Assembly: GCA_963841665.1 (NCBI GenBank)
Contig: CAWJDW010000006.1
Span: forward strand, 7,304 to 71,303
Source: an uncultured Alphaproteobacteria bacterium
GTDB lineage: Bacteria; Pseudomonadota; Alphaproteobacteria; Rhizobiales; Xanthobacteraceae
Direction of reading: 5' to 3'
DNA: 64,000 bases
In this document: positions 9,486-20,269 of the stretch, in pieces
Layout: each line of letters starts with the position of its first letter
Position numbering within the stretch: position 1 is the first letter of the stretch
Notes under the pieces: generated by a model
Told to the model about the DNA's origin: nothing
Seen by the model: only the letters and a program-made list of their open reading frames with translations
The model's database searches: none
Program-made: the position numbers and the translations under genes

Positions 9486-10625
9486 TCACGCGAACGCCGC
9501 GTAGCGCGACAATTGGAAAAACGGCTCGACCTCATAGTTCGGATCGGTCGCGAGACGGGCCAGCCGTGCGCCGATGGCGGGCGCGAACTTCGCGCCGTGG
9601 CCGGAGCAGGGCGAGGCAACGATCAGCCGCTGATCCCGCCAGCGATCGATGATGAATTCCTCGCCATTGTCAGGCCGGCGATCGGCGGGCAGCGTGTTGG
9701 TGTAGAGGCAGACGTCGCGCTCGACAATCGGCCCGGCGGCGCCGGGAATGAGTCTGGCCAGTGCATCCGCCGTGGTCCCCAGTTCGAGATCGCTCGCCGG
9801 CGGGTCCCAGTCATCGGCGCCGACCTGCAGCCCATGATTGTGCGGCGCGGCCTTGACCCCGCGCTGCTCGAAATCCGGAAAGCCGTAGACGGTGTTGTTG
9901 ATCCCGAGGTCGAGAAGGAAGATCGGGAATTGGCCTGTCAGCACCGTCTCGGGCCGGGCCGGCCTGAACCAGCCGACGGCCTGTCGAGTCACCTTCAGCA
10001 CGGAGCCGAGCTCCGGCAGAGCGCGGCCGAGCCACGGACCCAGCGCGAGGATGACGCGCTGGGCAAGCACCTCTTCGGATGTGCTGCGCACCACCACACC
10101 ATCACGACGACAGTCGATCCGTGCGGCCTCCGCAATGATGCGCTTGCCAGCGCGTGCGCGCATGATCCGCAAGGCCACCTCCGTCTTCAGGATGGCGCCG
10201 CCGTCCTGCACGACCACGTCCCAATCGGCGGGCAGCGTGAAGGCAGGGAATTGCCGGTTGATCTCGGCCGCCGACCGCGCGGGATCGGGCCGGCCTTTGG
10301 CGATGGCTGCTGCCCGCGAGGCGCCGACCATATCCGAGCCCGGCCGGCCGGCCTCCAGCACCGGGCAGGGGATGAGGATGGATTCGCCTGTATCAGCTTC
10401 GAGGCGCATCCAGCCGGCATGGGCTTCGTCGCTGAGTGCCGTGTAATTGTCGTTTTCGAAGTTGAAGCGTCGGAAAATCCGGCACGATCCGTGTGACGAG
10501 CCCCTGTTGGCGCCGGGCCCGAGCGGATCGAAGCCGAGGGCGTCGACGCCGGCATTCAGCAGTGCGTCGAGCGCCGCACTGCCCATCAAGCCCAAGCCCA
10601 CGACGGCCACGTCGCATCTGCGCAT
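9486..10625 (-). CDS. FAD-dependent N-methyl-amino-acid oxidase (monomeric sarcosine oxidase/SolA family)
   Basis: VAVVGLGLMGSAA dinucleotide fold, GSSHGSCRIFR, CLYTNT (flavinylated Cys in this family), CSGHGAKFAPAIG; GGAGG RBS before ATG 10625. Confidence 0.88.
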   Translation of the reverse strand: MRRCDVAVVGLGLMGSAALDALLNAGVDALGFDPLGPGANRGSSHGSCRIFRRFNFENDNYTALSDEAHAGWMRLEADTGESILIPCPVLEAGRPGSDMVGASRAAAIAKGRPDPARSAAEINRQFPAFTLPADWDVVVQDGGAILKTEVALRIMRARAGKRIIAEAARIDCRRDGVVVRSTSEEVLAQRVILALGPWLGRALPELGSVLKVTRQAVGWFRPARPETVLTGQFPIFLLDLGINNTVYGFPDFEQRGVKAAPHNHGLQVGADDWDPPASDLELGTTADALARLIPGAAGPIVERDVCLYTNTLPADRRPDNGEEFIIDRWRDQRLIVASPCSGHGAKFAPAIGARLARLATDPNYEVEPFFQLSRYAAFA

Positions 10626-10880
10626 CACGGCACCTCCACGAGCGTCGATGATAGCCGCCCGGCGCGCTCCTGCGCGAGCCCCTTGTTTGCTGGTCGATGG
10701 GTTGTTTGCTTGCCCCGAGAAAGTGCAAGCCCTGGTGGGAACGAAGCAATGCATGTCGCGATTATTTCCGCGGGAACGGAATCTTGCGAGGAGCGGACAG
10801 TTTCCGGCGCGGCCTTGCGGTGTAGAGCCCGCCCGGCCGCGTTAGCTCGCCTGAGCAGCGACTGAGAGCCGAGGTCCAAC

Positions 10881-11063
10881 ATGGACGATCCATCAGAAGA
10901 GCAAATTCGCGCCCGCGCGCACCAGCTGTGGGAGGCGGCCGGCCGTCCCGAAGATCGCGAGCAGGAGTTCTGGTATCAGGCCGAACGCGAGCTGAAGGGC
11001 ACGGCCGACGAGACCGGCTCGCCCACCGCCCCGGATGAGAAATCGGACAGGTTTTTGGAATAG
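10881..11063 (+). CDS. DUF2934 family small protein
   Basis: [30 protein letters not shown] signature; GAGG RBS. Confidence 0.88.
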   Translation: MDDPSEEQIRARAHQLWEAAGRPEDREQEFWYQAERELKGTADETGSPTAPDEKSDRFLE

Positions 11064-11185
11064 ACATCGACGTCAGCCGAGCTGCTCCTTGGACAGACGC
11101 GCACGCGGGGCGTGCCGTTGCCTGCCTCGGCTCGTCTCTGCAGTCCGCCATGGATCGATCGGGTTCCAGCTCCGTTAGTGAAGCC

Positions 11186-13720
11186 ATGGATGACAAGGCA
11201 CACAAAGCGGTCTGGACAAACGACCACGCACCAAGCGGCTTCGTGCGGGTCCGCGGCGCGCGCGAGCACAATCTGAAGAACGTCGACGTGGAGATTCCCC
11301 GCGATGCGCTGGTGGTCTTCACCGGCGTCTCCGGCTCCGGCAAATCGTCGCTCGCCTTCGGCACGCTGTATGCCGAGGCGCAGCGCCGCTATCTTGAATC
11401 GGTCTCGCCCTATGCGCGGCGGCTGTTTCACCAGATGGCGGTGCCGGAGGTCGACGAGATCGAAGGGCTGCCACCGGCGGTCGCACTGCAGCAGCAGCGG
11501 GGATCGCCGACCACGCGCTCCAGCGTCGGCAGCGTCACCACTTTGTCGAACCTGCTGCGCATGCTCTATTCGCGTGCCGGCGATTATCCGCGGTCACAAC
11601 CGCTGCTCTATGCCGAAGCGTTTTCGCCAAATTCGGCGGAGGGCGCATGCCCGCGCTGTCATGGGCTCGGGCGCATCTATGACGTCACCGAGCGCTCGAT
11701 GGTGCCTGACAGCTCGCTGTCGATTCGCGAGCGCGCTATCGCGGCCTGGCCGACCGCGTGGCACGGCCAGAACCTGCGCGATATCCTGACCACGCTCGGC
11801 TATGACGTCGATCGCCCCTGGCGCGAGCTGCCGAAGAAGGAGCGGGACTGGATCCTGTTCACCGACGAGCAGCCGACGGTGCCGGTTTATGCCGGCTATG
11901 ATGCCAAGGAGGTGCGGAGGGCGCTGAAGCGCAAGGAGGAACCAAGCTATCAGGGCACCTTCACCGGCGCCCGGCGCTACGTGATGGAGACCTTTGCCAA
12001 CACGACCAGCGCGATGATGAAGAAGCGGGTGTCGCAGTTCATGCTGAGCACCGAATGCCCGCAATGTCACGGCAAGCGGTTGAAGCGTGAGGCGCTGTCG
12101 GTGAAGTTCGCCGGCCTCGACATCGCGGAGATTTCGCGCCTCACCGTTAAGCGGCTGGCGGAGCTGATGCGCGCACGCACCGACGGTGGGCCGCGCGACC
12201 GCGATCAGCATCCGGAGAAGGTGGCGGTCGTGCAGCGGATCGCGCAGGACATGGTGGCACGGCTCGGCGTGCTGCTCGATCTCGGCCTCGGCTATCTCAC
12301 CCTCGAGCGCAGCACGCCGACGCTCTCGCCCGGCGAGCTGCAGCGGCTGCGGCTGGCGACGCAGGTGCGCTCCAACCTCTTCGGCGTCGTCTATGTGCTC
12401 GACGAGCCTTCGGCCGGGCTGCATCCTGCGGACACCCAGGCGCTGCTGCGCGCGCTCGACCGGCTGAAGGCGGCCGGCAATTCGTTGTTCATCGTCGAGC
12501 ACGAGCTTGATGTGGTGCGCCATGCCGACTGGATCGTCGATGTCGGACCGGAGGCCGGCGTGCATGGCGGCGAAGTGCTCTATAGCGGGCCGCTGCCGGG
12601 CTTGAAGGGCGTCGAAAGATCCCGCACGGGACGCTATCTGTTCGGGACGTCAGCTTCACGAAACCGGGACAGGCGTGCGCCACAGGGCTGGCTGCGCCTG
12701 CGCGGAGTCGTCAGGAATAATCTCGATAAGCTCGATGTCGATTTTCCGCTGGGTGTGCTCACCACCGTGGGCGGCGTCTCCGGCTCGGGTAAGTCGAGCC
12801 TGGTCAGCCAGTTTCTGGTCGAGGCGCTCGCGCGTCATTTCGGGCACGAGCTTCCCGTCGATGATCAGGAAGAGGATATTCTGGCGCGCGCGCCGGCGGC
12901 CTCGTCCAGCGGCCGCATCGTCGAAGGTCTCGACAGGCTGAAGCGGCTGGTGGTCGTCGACCAGAGGCCGATCGGACGCACGCCGCGCTCCAATCTCGCG
13001 ACCTATACCGGCCTGTTCGATCATATTCGCAAGCTGTTCGCGGCGACGACGGAGGCGCGCCGGCGCCGTTATGATGCCGGCCGCTTCTCGTTCAACGTCG
13101 CCAAGGGGCGCTGTCCCAAATGCGAAGGCGAGGGCTTCGTCTGCGTCGAGCTCCTGTTTCTGCCGAGCGTCTACGCGCCGTGTCCCGAATGTCATGGTGC
13201 GCGCTATAACCCCGCCACGCTTGAGATCAGGTTCAACGGCAAGTCGATCGCAGACGTGCTGGCGCTGACGGTCGATGCGGCGTTCGACTTCTTTGCGGCC
13301 GAGCTGCAGCTCAGCCGCTCCCTCGATGTCATCCGCCAGGTCGGGCTTGGTTACATCAGGCTCGGCCAGCCGGCGACTGAACTGTCCGGCGGCGAGGCGC
13401 AGCGCGTCAAGCTCGCGACCGAACTGCAGCGCACGCAGCGTGCAGGAAGCATCTACGTTCTGGACGAGCCGACTACGGGCCTGCATCCGTCCGACGTCGA
13501 CAAGCTGATCGTGCAGCTCGACGCGCTGGTGACATCGGGCAGCACCGTCATCGTCGTCGAGCACGACATGAGCGTGGTGTCGGCGAGCGACTGGGTGATC
13601 GACATCGGCCCAGGCGCCGGCGAGGAGGGCGGGCGCGTGGTTGCAGCCGGGACGCCGGAGCAGATCGCGACGGATGCGCGTAGCCGCACCGCGCCGTTTC
13701 TGGCGCGCGCGATGCAATGA
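11186..13720 (+). CDS. UvrA-like ABC ATPase (class II UvrA/DrrC-like, about 845 aa)
   Basis: [21 protein letters not shown] twice, CxxC zinc sites, [12 protein letters not shown] and [12 protein letters not shown]; shorter than canonical UvrA; exact start uncertain (11150 or 11186). Confidence 0.88.
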   Translation: MDDKAHKAVWTNDHAPSGFVRVRGAREHNLKNVDVEIPRDALVVFTGVSGSGKSSLAFGTLYAEAQRRYLESVSPYARRLFHQMAVPEVDEIEGLPPAVALQQQRGSPTTRSSVGSVTTLSNLLRMLYSRAGDYPRSQPLLYAEAFSPNSAEGACPRCHGLGRIYDVTERSMVPDSSLSIRERAIAAWPTAWHGQNLRDILTTLGYDVDRPWRELPKKERDWILFTDEQPTVPVYAGYDAKEVRRALKRKEEPSYQGTFTGARRYVMETFANTTSAMMKKRVSQFMLSTECPQCHGKRLKREALSVKFAGLDIAEISRLTVKRLAELMRARTDGGPRDRDQHPEKVAVVQRIAQDMVARLGVLLDLGLGYLTLERSTPTLSPGELQRLRLATQVRSNLFGVVYVLDEPSAGLHPADTQALLRALDRLKAAGNSLFIVEHELDVVRHADWIVDVGPEAGVHGGEVLYSGPLPGLKGVERSRTGRYLFGTSASRNRDRRAPQGWLRLRGVVRNNLDKLDVDFPLGVLTTVGGVSGSGKSSLVSQFLVEALARHFGHELPVDDQEEDILARAPAASSSGRIVEGLDRLKRLVVVDQRPIGRTPRSNLATYTGLFDHIRKLFAATTEARRRRYDAGRFSFNVAKGRCPKCEGEGFVCVELLFLPSVYAPCPECHGARYNPATLEIRFNGKSIADVLALTVDAAFDFFAAELQLSRSLDVIRQVGLGYIRLGQPATELSGGEAQRVKLATELQRTQRAGSIYVLDEPTTGLHPSDVDKLIVQLDALVTSGSTVIVVEHDMSVVSASDWVIDIGPGAGEEGGRVVAAGTPEQIATDARSRTAPFLARAMQ

Positions 13721-13914
13721 TGACCGCATTTGCGGGCGGCAACGAACAAATGGCATGACAGCCATCATGCGATTGCGCGGCGGTCTGGGGGGCTGTTCCG
13801 CGGCAGCAGCCGCGCCTTTGACACTTCCTTACAGCGGCAACCAATCAGCCTCGTTGTGAAACTCCCCTGTAGCGGACCGAGCCCAAAACGGCACCGTCAC
13901 AAGGGAGACCCGCT

Positions 13915-15510
13915 ATGACCCTCACTCCGAACGAGGCCCTGATCCAGAAGCTGCAGGCGATGCCGCAGGATACGGCGTTTATTTTTCACGGGGCCGTGTG
14001 GACGTATCAGAAGCTCGCGAACGAGGTCGACCGGCTGGCGCGGGCGATGGCCGCGAACGGCGTCGGGCCTGGCGACCGCGTCGCCATTCACATGATGAAC
14101 CGGCCCGAATTCGTCGTGGCCTACTACGCCTGCTTCCGCCTCGGCGCGATCGCCACGCCGTTGCCGACCGCCTTGACCTTCAGCGAACTCGCACCGATCC
14201 TGCGGCGGCTGCAGCCCGTGCTCTATCTGGGCGAGGCCGGCCTGTACGGCAATGTCGCGGCGGTGGATGGCGTGCTGTTGCCGGCATCGCAGCGCTTTGT
14301 GCTCGGAGGTAAAGCCGGGGATGCAGGCCTCCAGCCCTGGGACGCCTTGTTCGACGGCAGCCAGGACGCGGTGATGTTCCCGCCGGTGGCGGACGAGCCC
14401 TGCGTTCTGATCACGACCTCGGGGACGACCGGCCAGCCGAAATTCGTCGTGCATACGCAGGCGACTCTGGCGGCGTCGGTGGCCCTGATGCACCGGCATT
14501 GGAATATCTCCGGGCGCGATACGATGGTGATGCCGCTCGCGCTCGCGCATATGACCGGCCTGTTCTTCACCGTGGGCTGCGTGCAACTCGGCGTGGGCTT
14601 CGTCCTGATGGAAGGCTTCGAGGCGGAGCAGGTGATCGACGCGATGGAGCACTATCGCGCCACGATCCATATCGGCTTCCCGGCCCAATATGCCGCGCTG
14701 CGCGATGCACAGACGACCAGGCGGCGCGATCTCGGCACGCTGCGCTACGCGCTCAGCGGCGGCGACAATTGTCCGATCGCGCTGCAGGAGCAGGTCACGT
14801 CGCAGTTCGGCGCGCCGCTCTACAATGTCTGGGGCGCGAGCGAGGTGCTCGGTCTGCTGACGTTCGGGCTGCGGCCCGGCCCGGTGACCCGCATCACCGC
14901 CGGCGCCGAGATCCGCCTGGTCGACGAGCAGGGCAAGGATGTCGCCGATGGCGAGGTCGGTGAGCTGCTGCTCCGCGGCGACAACGTCTTCATCGGCTAT
15001 TGGGACGACGAGACGGCAACGGCGGCGGCGCTGCGCGACGGCTGGTATCATACCGGCGACCTGATGCGGCGCGCCGAGGCCGACGAGCTGTGGTTCGTCG
15101 CCCGCAAGAAGGATGTCATCATCCGTGGCGGCCTCAACATCTCGCCGGCCGAGATCGAGGACGCGATCGTTGCTGCGCACCCCGCGGTCGAGCAGGCCGC
15201 CGTCGTCGGCCTGCCCGACGAGGTGCTCGGCCAGCGCGTGTTCGCCTTCACGACCCTGTCCGATACAGCGGCGGACCACACGGTGATCTCGGACCTCGTC
15301 GCCCGGCTCGCGCAACGGCTTGCCGCCTGCAAGATGCCGGAGGCGATCATGCTCCTCGACAAGATGCCACGCAGCGCCGCGAGCAAGGTCGATCGCCAGA
15401 TGCTGCTGGCGATGGCGATGCAGGCCGATCGCGACCGCAGCTCGCAGACGACGCCGGCGCGGCTGCCGACCTCACAGGCGCCGGCCCGACGCCGCGTCGC
15501 GAGCCGCTAG
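13915..15510 (+). CDS. Class I adenylate-forming enzyme (acyl-CoA ligase/AMP-binding)
   Basis: TTSGTTGQPK, WGASE, GWYHTGD, RKKDVIIRGGLNISPAEIE motifs. Confidence 0.92.
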   Translation: MTLTPNEALIQKLQAMPQDTAFIFHGAVWTYQKLANEVDRLARAMAANGVGPGDRVAIHMMNRPEFVVAYYACFRLGAIATPLPTALTFSELAPILRRLQPVLYLGEAGLYGNVAAVDGVLLPASQRFVLGGKAGDAGLQPWDALFDGSQDAVMFPPVADEPCVLITTSGTTGQPKFVVHTQATLAASVALMHRHWNISGRDTMVMPLALAHMTGLFFTVGCVQLGVGFVLMEGFEAEQVIDAMEHYRATIHIGFPAQYAALRDAQTTRRRDLGTLRYALSGGDNCPIALQEQVTSQFGAPLYNVWGASEVLGLLTFGLRPGPVTRITAGAEIRLVDEQGKDVADGEVGELLLRGDNVFIGYWDDETATAAALRDGWYHTGDLMRRAEADELWFVARKKDVIIRGGLNISPAEIEDAIVAAHPAVEQAAVVGLPDEVLGQRVFAFTTLSDTAADHTVISDLVARLAQRLAACKMPEAIMLLDKMPRSAASKVDRQMLLAMAMQADRDRSSQTTPARLPTSQAPARRRVASR

Positions 15511-15593
15511 GCTGCGCAAGCATGCAGCGGAGGGCGGCGGCACCTGATGACCGCCCTTCGCGACAGGTCGCTCCCAAGCGAGGAGATTCACTC

Positions 15594-15863
15594 ATGACGA
15601 GTCACAAGCTGATCAAGACTTTCGTGCTGGCGGCGCTGATGAACCTGCGCACCGTCGTGGCGCAGACCAACCCACCGATGCCGCCGCTCACTGTCGGCAC
15701 GGCCGTGCAGTCCGAGCCATTCGATCCCCGCCTCTCGGCGCCGATCGGTCATCGCCAGCCACGCCTCAAGGACGTGACAGTGGGCGAGACGGCCAAGGTC
15801 GATCAGATCGACGCGGAGAGCGCGGCCGTCGATCGCAAGCTCACCATCTGCCGGGGATGTTGA
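15594..15863 (+). CDS. Small putative exported protein ending in ICRGC
   Basis: GAGGAG RBS; hydrophobic N-terminus; APIGHRQPR and DRKLTICRGC motifs recalled from rhizobial hypothetical proteins. Confidence 0.7.
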   Translation: MTSHKLIKTFVLAALMNLRTVVAQTNPPMPPLTVGTAVQSEPFDPRLSAPIGHRQPRLKDVTVGETAKVDQIDAESAAVDRKLTICRGC

Positions 15864-16240
15864 GGCGGCCGGGCGCACGTTCATCCCAGAGGGTGCGCCC
15901 GCAAGCCGTTTCGAATGTCCCATTATTTCGTTCCCAATTAGCAACGCAGCCCATAGTGACAGTCTCGGCATCGTCTCAATTGGATGACTGCCGGAAATCG
16001 CCGTGGCCTTATCGGAGAACCTCTATGTGTCGTCGTTCATGACTGCTGAAGGCGATCCCAACGGGCGCTGTTCGACCGACGAGAGGTCGTCTTAAGGACA
16101 TTGAGTGTTCGGCACAGGCGTCTGGAGCTAGATGTTGAGCGGCCGCCGCTATCATAACCATTATGGACGCCTGTAGCTGACGGTCTCGACCGGCTTTTCG
16201 ATGCCCGCTTTAGGACCTTCGCTGCCTGTCTGAATGGCAC

Positions 16241-16770
16241 AGATTTGCCCGCTCCGTGACCGTCGGCGCCAGAACCCAGTCCGTAGCGTGCCTGATCCGC
16301 ATCACGGTCAAGCCCTTCTGCGAAAAATTTTCTTCTTTCGTTTTTACAGAAATCGTGTTTCCCTGTCGTCATCCCGCCTCACCACGGAGGGGCGTACGCG
16401 TCGTCACGACACGCGGGGCGGGGAGGCGGTGGCCGCGATCGGTCGCGCAGGACGAGCGCAATCGGTGCGGACGGTGAAATCGTGTGGTCCTGGCGCCCCG
16501 GTGCTGGCGTCAAGTCGGCGACAACGCTCGCGCGTTGCGCTGACGACAGGGGCAATCAAGCCGGTCCCTGGGGAGATCACGTATAAGCCGTAAGCCCATC
16601 GCGCAGGGAATGCCGGATGATCGGCTGCACCTGTGGTAACTGCCGCCAGCTTTCTTTGTTGCTGGCGGGCCATGGGTGAGGCCTTCACCCGGCATTCCCT
16701 GCGCCCTCTCGCTTTCAGGAGGGACATGACGGCTGCATGACTCGGGCACATCATGCCGCGGGAACGCGAG
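16241..16770 (+). repeat. Large structured intergenic repeat, copy 1 (putative ncRNA or non-autonomous element)
   Basis: Aligns by eye with 40143-40745; identical blocks such as GACGGTGAAATCGTGTGGTCCTGGC, AGCCGGTCCCTGGGGAGA and CACGTATAAGCCGT; several stems covary between copies; boundaries approximate. Confidence 0.85.
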
Positions 16771-16977
16771 ATTGTGTCCAGCCCGATCGCGCGACGCACG
16801 AGGCGCCATTCCGGACTCGCCCCGCAGCGGTTCGGCATGACAACGAGGTGAGCCCTGCGCGACCGAGCATTGTCATGGCGGCAAGCAACGATTATGCAGA
16901 TTCATTGTTCATGCGCAGGTGGCGATGCCGTGGCCCGATTGGCCTCGATCTGCCGCCGCCCTCCCGGGAAGGCCGCC

Positions 16978-17349
16978 ATGCATCTCGCCCATGATCCTAC
17001 TGCTGCACCGGCGCCCCAGATCAATTTCGACCAGTTCCTGATGGTCGACATCCGCGTCGGCACCATCGTTGCGGCCGAGCCCTATCCGGAGGCGCGCAAG
17101 CCGTCGCTCAAGCTGACCATCGATTTCGGCGCCGCGATCGGCACCAGGCGCTCCAGCGCGCAGATCGCGACGCTGTATGAGCCGGCCGCCCTGATCGGGC
17201 GGCAGGTCGCCGGCGTGGTCAATTTTCCGCCGCGGCAGATCGGCAAGTTCATGTCGGAGGTGCTGACGCTGGGCTTCCCGGACGAGCACGGCAATGTGGT
17301 GCTGTTCGCGCCGGACCGGCAGGTGCCGAACGGCGCGCGACTGTTCTGA
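16978..17349 (+). CDS. csaA: CsaA tRNA-binding/export chaperone protein
   Basis: VDIRVGTIV...ARKP...SSAQI...VVNFPPRQIGKFMSEVLTLGFPD...VPNGARLF. Confidence 0.92.
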   Translation: MHLAHDPTAAPAPQINFDQFLMVDIRVGTIVAAEPYPEARKPSLKLTIDFGAAIGTRRSSAQIATLYEPAALIGRQVAGVVNFPPRQIGKFMSEVLTLGFPDEHGNVVLFAPDRQVPNGARLF

Positions 17350-17370
17350 CATCGGCGCAGCGAGGCTGTC

Positions 17371-19326
17371 ATGCAAACGCGCGATCCGGATGCTCACGTC
17401 TCTGCCGTCACGGCGGGCTCACGCATGTCGCTCCGACAGATGCATCTGCTGCAGGCGCCGATGGGCGGCAATTTGGTGCCGGGCGGCGCCACGTTCCGCG
17501 TGTTCGCGCCGCATGCGAAGAGCGTCCATGTCTGCGGCGACTTCAACAAGTGGGTGCAGGACGCCAGCTGCGAATTGGCGCCGATCGGCGGTGGTCACTG
17601 GGCCATCTTCATCCCCGCGCTCAGGGACGGCGACCCCTACATGTATTTCGTCGAGGGGCAGGGCTCGTCGGGCTACAAGCGCGATCCCTATGCGCGGCTG
17701 CTCACGGTCGAGCCGCCGTTTCCGCAGGCCCATTCGGTGCTGCGCAATCCCGCTGCGTTTCCCTGGCATGAGGCGTCCTTCACGCCGCCGCCGTTCAACG
17801 AGCTCGTGATCTATCAGATTCACGTCGGCAGCTTCGATATCAAGCCCGGCAATCCGGACGGCTGCTTCTTCGACGTCATCGAGCGCGTGCCGCATCTGGC
17901 CTCGCTTGGCGTCAACACGATCGAGCTTTTGCCGGTGCAGGAATTCCCCACCAGCTTCAGCATGGGCTACAACGGCACCGACCTGTTCAGCCCGGAAACC
18001 CAATATGGCGAGGCCGACGAGGCCAAGCTGAAGGCCTATGTCGATCGCACCAACGCGATCCTGACGGCCGCGGGGCAGGCGCCTTATGCCGGCATCGAGG
18101 TGCTGCGTCACTGCGACGATCAGCTGCGCGCGCTGGTCGACGTCTGCCATGTCCATGGCATCGGCGTGATCTTCGACGTCGTCTACAATCATGCCGGCGG
18201 CGGCTTCGACGACCAGTCGATCTGGTTCTTCGACCGCCAGCCCGCGGGCAACGCCAATGACAGCCTGTATTTCACCGATCAGGGCTGGGCCGGCGGCGAG
18301 GTCTTTGCCTATTGGAACGCCGATGTCCGCCAGTTCCTGGTCGACAATGCGCTGTCGTTCTATCGCGAATATCGCGTCGACGGCCTGCGCTTCGACGAGG
18401 TCAGCGTGATGGACCGGTTCGGCGGCTGGGCGACCTGCCAGCAGATCACCACGGCGCTGCGCGCCGAGAGGTCGGACGCGATCCAGGTCGCCGAATATTG
18501 GCCGGTCAATCCGTGGGTGGTGAAGGACCACGCCGAGGGCGGCGCCGGCTTCGACGCGACCTGGAGTGACGGCTTGCGCGACAGCGTGCGCGGCGCGATC
18601 GGTGCTGCGGCCGAAGGCGCATCGGCCGCCGTCTCGATGGACGCGATCGCCAATGCGCTCGCCGATACGAGTCTCGGCCGGCGCTGGCGCGCGGTGCAGG
18701 CGATCGAGAACCACGACATCGTCTATGCCGGCCGCCAGCCGCGGATCGCAGCGCTGGCCGACAGCATCGACACCCGCTCCTGGTATGCGCGCAGCCGCAG
18801 CCGGGTCGCGACCGGGCTGCTGCTGACGGCGCCCGGCATTCCCATGCTGTTCATGGGCCAGGAGCTGCTGGAGCCCAAGCCATGGAGCGACACGCCGGCG
18901 CCGGCGACAGAGATCGCGTGGACAACGCTCGACAGCGGCGACGCGGTCACGGCCGGCTTCGTCGGTTTCGTCAGCGAGTTGATCGCGCTGCGCCGCAGCC
19001 GCAAGGCGCTGTCAGGCGAGGGCTGCGCGATCGTGCATGTTCACGACGGCAACCGCGTGCTGGCGTTCGAGCGCTGGGTCGAGGGCTCCGACGACGCGGT
19101 GATGGTGATCTGCAGCCTGCACGAGAGCGCGTGGGCCGACTACGCGATCGGCTTTCCCGCCGGCGGCGCATGGCGGCTGGTGTTTGACAGTGAGGCCTAC
19201 GAGGCCGGCGCTCAGTCCGCTGTTGGCCATGAGATCTCGGCCGACGGGCCGCCGCTGCACGGCCGGCCGTGCTCGTCGCGTGTGGTGATCCCGGCGAACG
19301 GGATCGTGGTGTATGCGAGGGGGTAG
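17371..19326 (+). CDS. GH13 alpha-amylase-family protein with N-terminal CBM48 (glucan branching enzyme/TreZ-like)
   Basis: TFRVFAPHAKSV.VCGDFN, IELLPVQEF, DVVYNH, DGLRFD (nucleophile), VAEYW, ENHD, PGIPMLFMGQE; start uncertain. Confidence 0.9.
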   Translation: MQTRDPDAHVSAVTAGSRMSLRQMHLLQAPMGGNLVPGGATFRVFAPHAKSVHVCGDFNKWVQDASCELAPIGGGHWAIFIPALRDGDPYMYFVEGQGSSGYKRDPYARLLTVEPPFPQAHSVLRNPAAFPWHEASFTPPPFNELVIYQIHVGSFDIKPGNPDGCFFDVIERVPHLASLGVNTIELLPVQEFPTSFSMGYNGTDLFSPETQYGEADEAKLKAYVDRTNAILTAAGQAPYAGIEVLRHCDDQLRALVDVCHVHGIGVIFDVVYNHAGGGFDDQSIWFFDRQPAGNANDSLYFTDQGWAGGEVFAYWNADVRQFLVDNALSFYREYRVDGLRFDEVSVMDRFGGWATCQQITTALRAERSDAIQVAEYWPVNPWVVKDHAEGGAGFDATWSDGLRDSVRGAIGAAAEGASAAVSMDAIANALADTSLGRRWRAVQAIENHDIVYAGRQPRIAALADSIDTRSWYARSRSRVATGLLLTAPGIPMLFMGQELLEPKPWSDTPAPATEIAWTTLDSGDAVTAGFVGFVSELIALRRSRKALSGEGCAIVHVHDGNRVLAFERWVEGSDDAVMVICSLHESAWADYAIGFPAGGAWRLVFDSEAYEAGAQSAVGHEISADGPPLHGRPCSSRVVIPANGIVVYARG

Positions 19327-19331
19327 CGGCG

Positions 19332-20269
19332 TCAGATGATCAGCCGGCCCTGCCGTTCGGCAATTCCAATGACGGCCTCTGTGCCGGAGTTGAAATCGAG
19401 CCGGTCGGCCTCGATGCCATCGGAGAAGATGACGCCGTTCTCCGGCATCAGCGAGCGCAGCCTCAAGGCGTCGGATGTGGTGAGGCGGCCGCAGACCAGA
19501 TTGACCTGCGAGTTCCGGCTCGGAAACGGCTCGCGCACCGCGAAGCGCAATTCGCGGGCATCCCAGGGCAGGGCGTCGTAATGCGCGTCGGCCTGCGTGG
19601 CGCCGAAGCTGCCGGCGATCGCGAGCGAGCCGGTGACGATGCTCTTGAACCAGGCGGTCGAGCCGAGTCCGGTCGCCACGATCAGCCCGCTGGAGGATTG
19701 CCGCTCATGCTGCTCGCCGGCCGCGATCTCGTAGTAAGCCGAGACATGCGAGCGCGCGCCGATGAAGAGGTCGTTGACGGCGTAGAGCTCCTGGCCGTCG
19801 GACAGGCGCGCCCTGGCCATGGTCACGGATGTTCGCGGCGCGCTTCTCGGCTGCGACCTCCGGCAAGCAGAGCAGGGAGGTCGGCAGGGCGGAACGGCAG
19901 CAGGACGCCGTCATAGCGCTTGGCATCGGGATTGAGGCCGATCAGCGGATGGCCGTCGAGATATTTCATCGTGTTGGCGACCACGCCGTCCTGCCCGAGC
20001 GCGAGCACGATGTCGGCGGGGCCGAAGATGAAGTTCGGCAGGAAGCCGCGATCGATGACCTGATAGCGGCCCCATTGCGCCAGCGCCTGCACGGTGTGGT
20101 GACGCTCGGCCTGGTAGACGTCGTGCTCGCGCTGGTAGTCGGAGAAGTCGGCGCCGAGATGCTCGACATAGAACTTGGCCTGCTCCGCGGTGAGGAACTT
20201 TGTGATGAGCTCCTCGAGCCGCGTCCTGCGGGTGACCAGGACTACCTTGCGGTCATTGGCGGCGGGCAC
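19332..20269 (-). pseudogene. PpnK-type ATP-NAD kinase-like protein (NrtR-regulon type); frameshifted at ~19832-19866
   Basis: N-half LGQDGVVANTMKYL, C-half AVNDLFIG and QSSSGLIVATGLGSTAW; removing one base at each of 19865-6 and 19832-3 gives a continuous 311-aa ORF (...LLPEVAAEKRAATSVTMARA...). Confidence 0.82.

Noticed and set aside
16235-16249. Sigma54 promoter TGGCACAGATTTGCC
   Set aside because: GG-to-GC spacing is 9 nt rather than the required 10, and it overlaps the 5' end of the repeat element.
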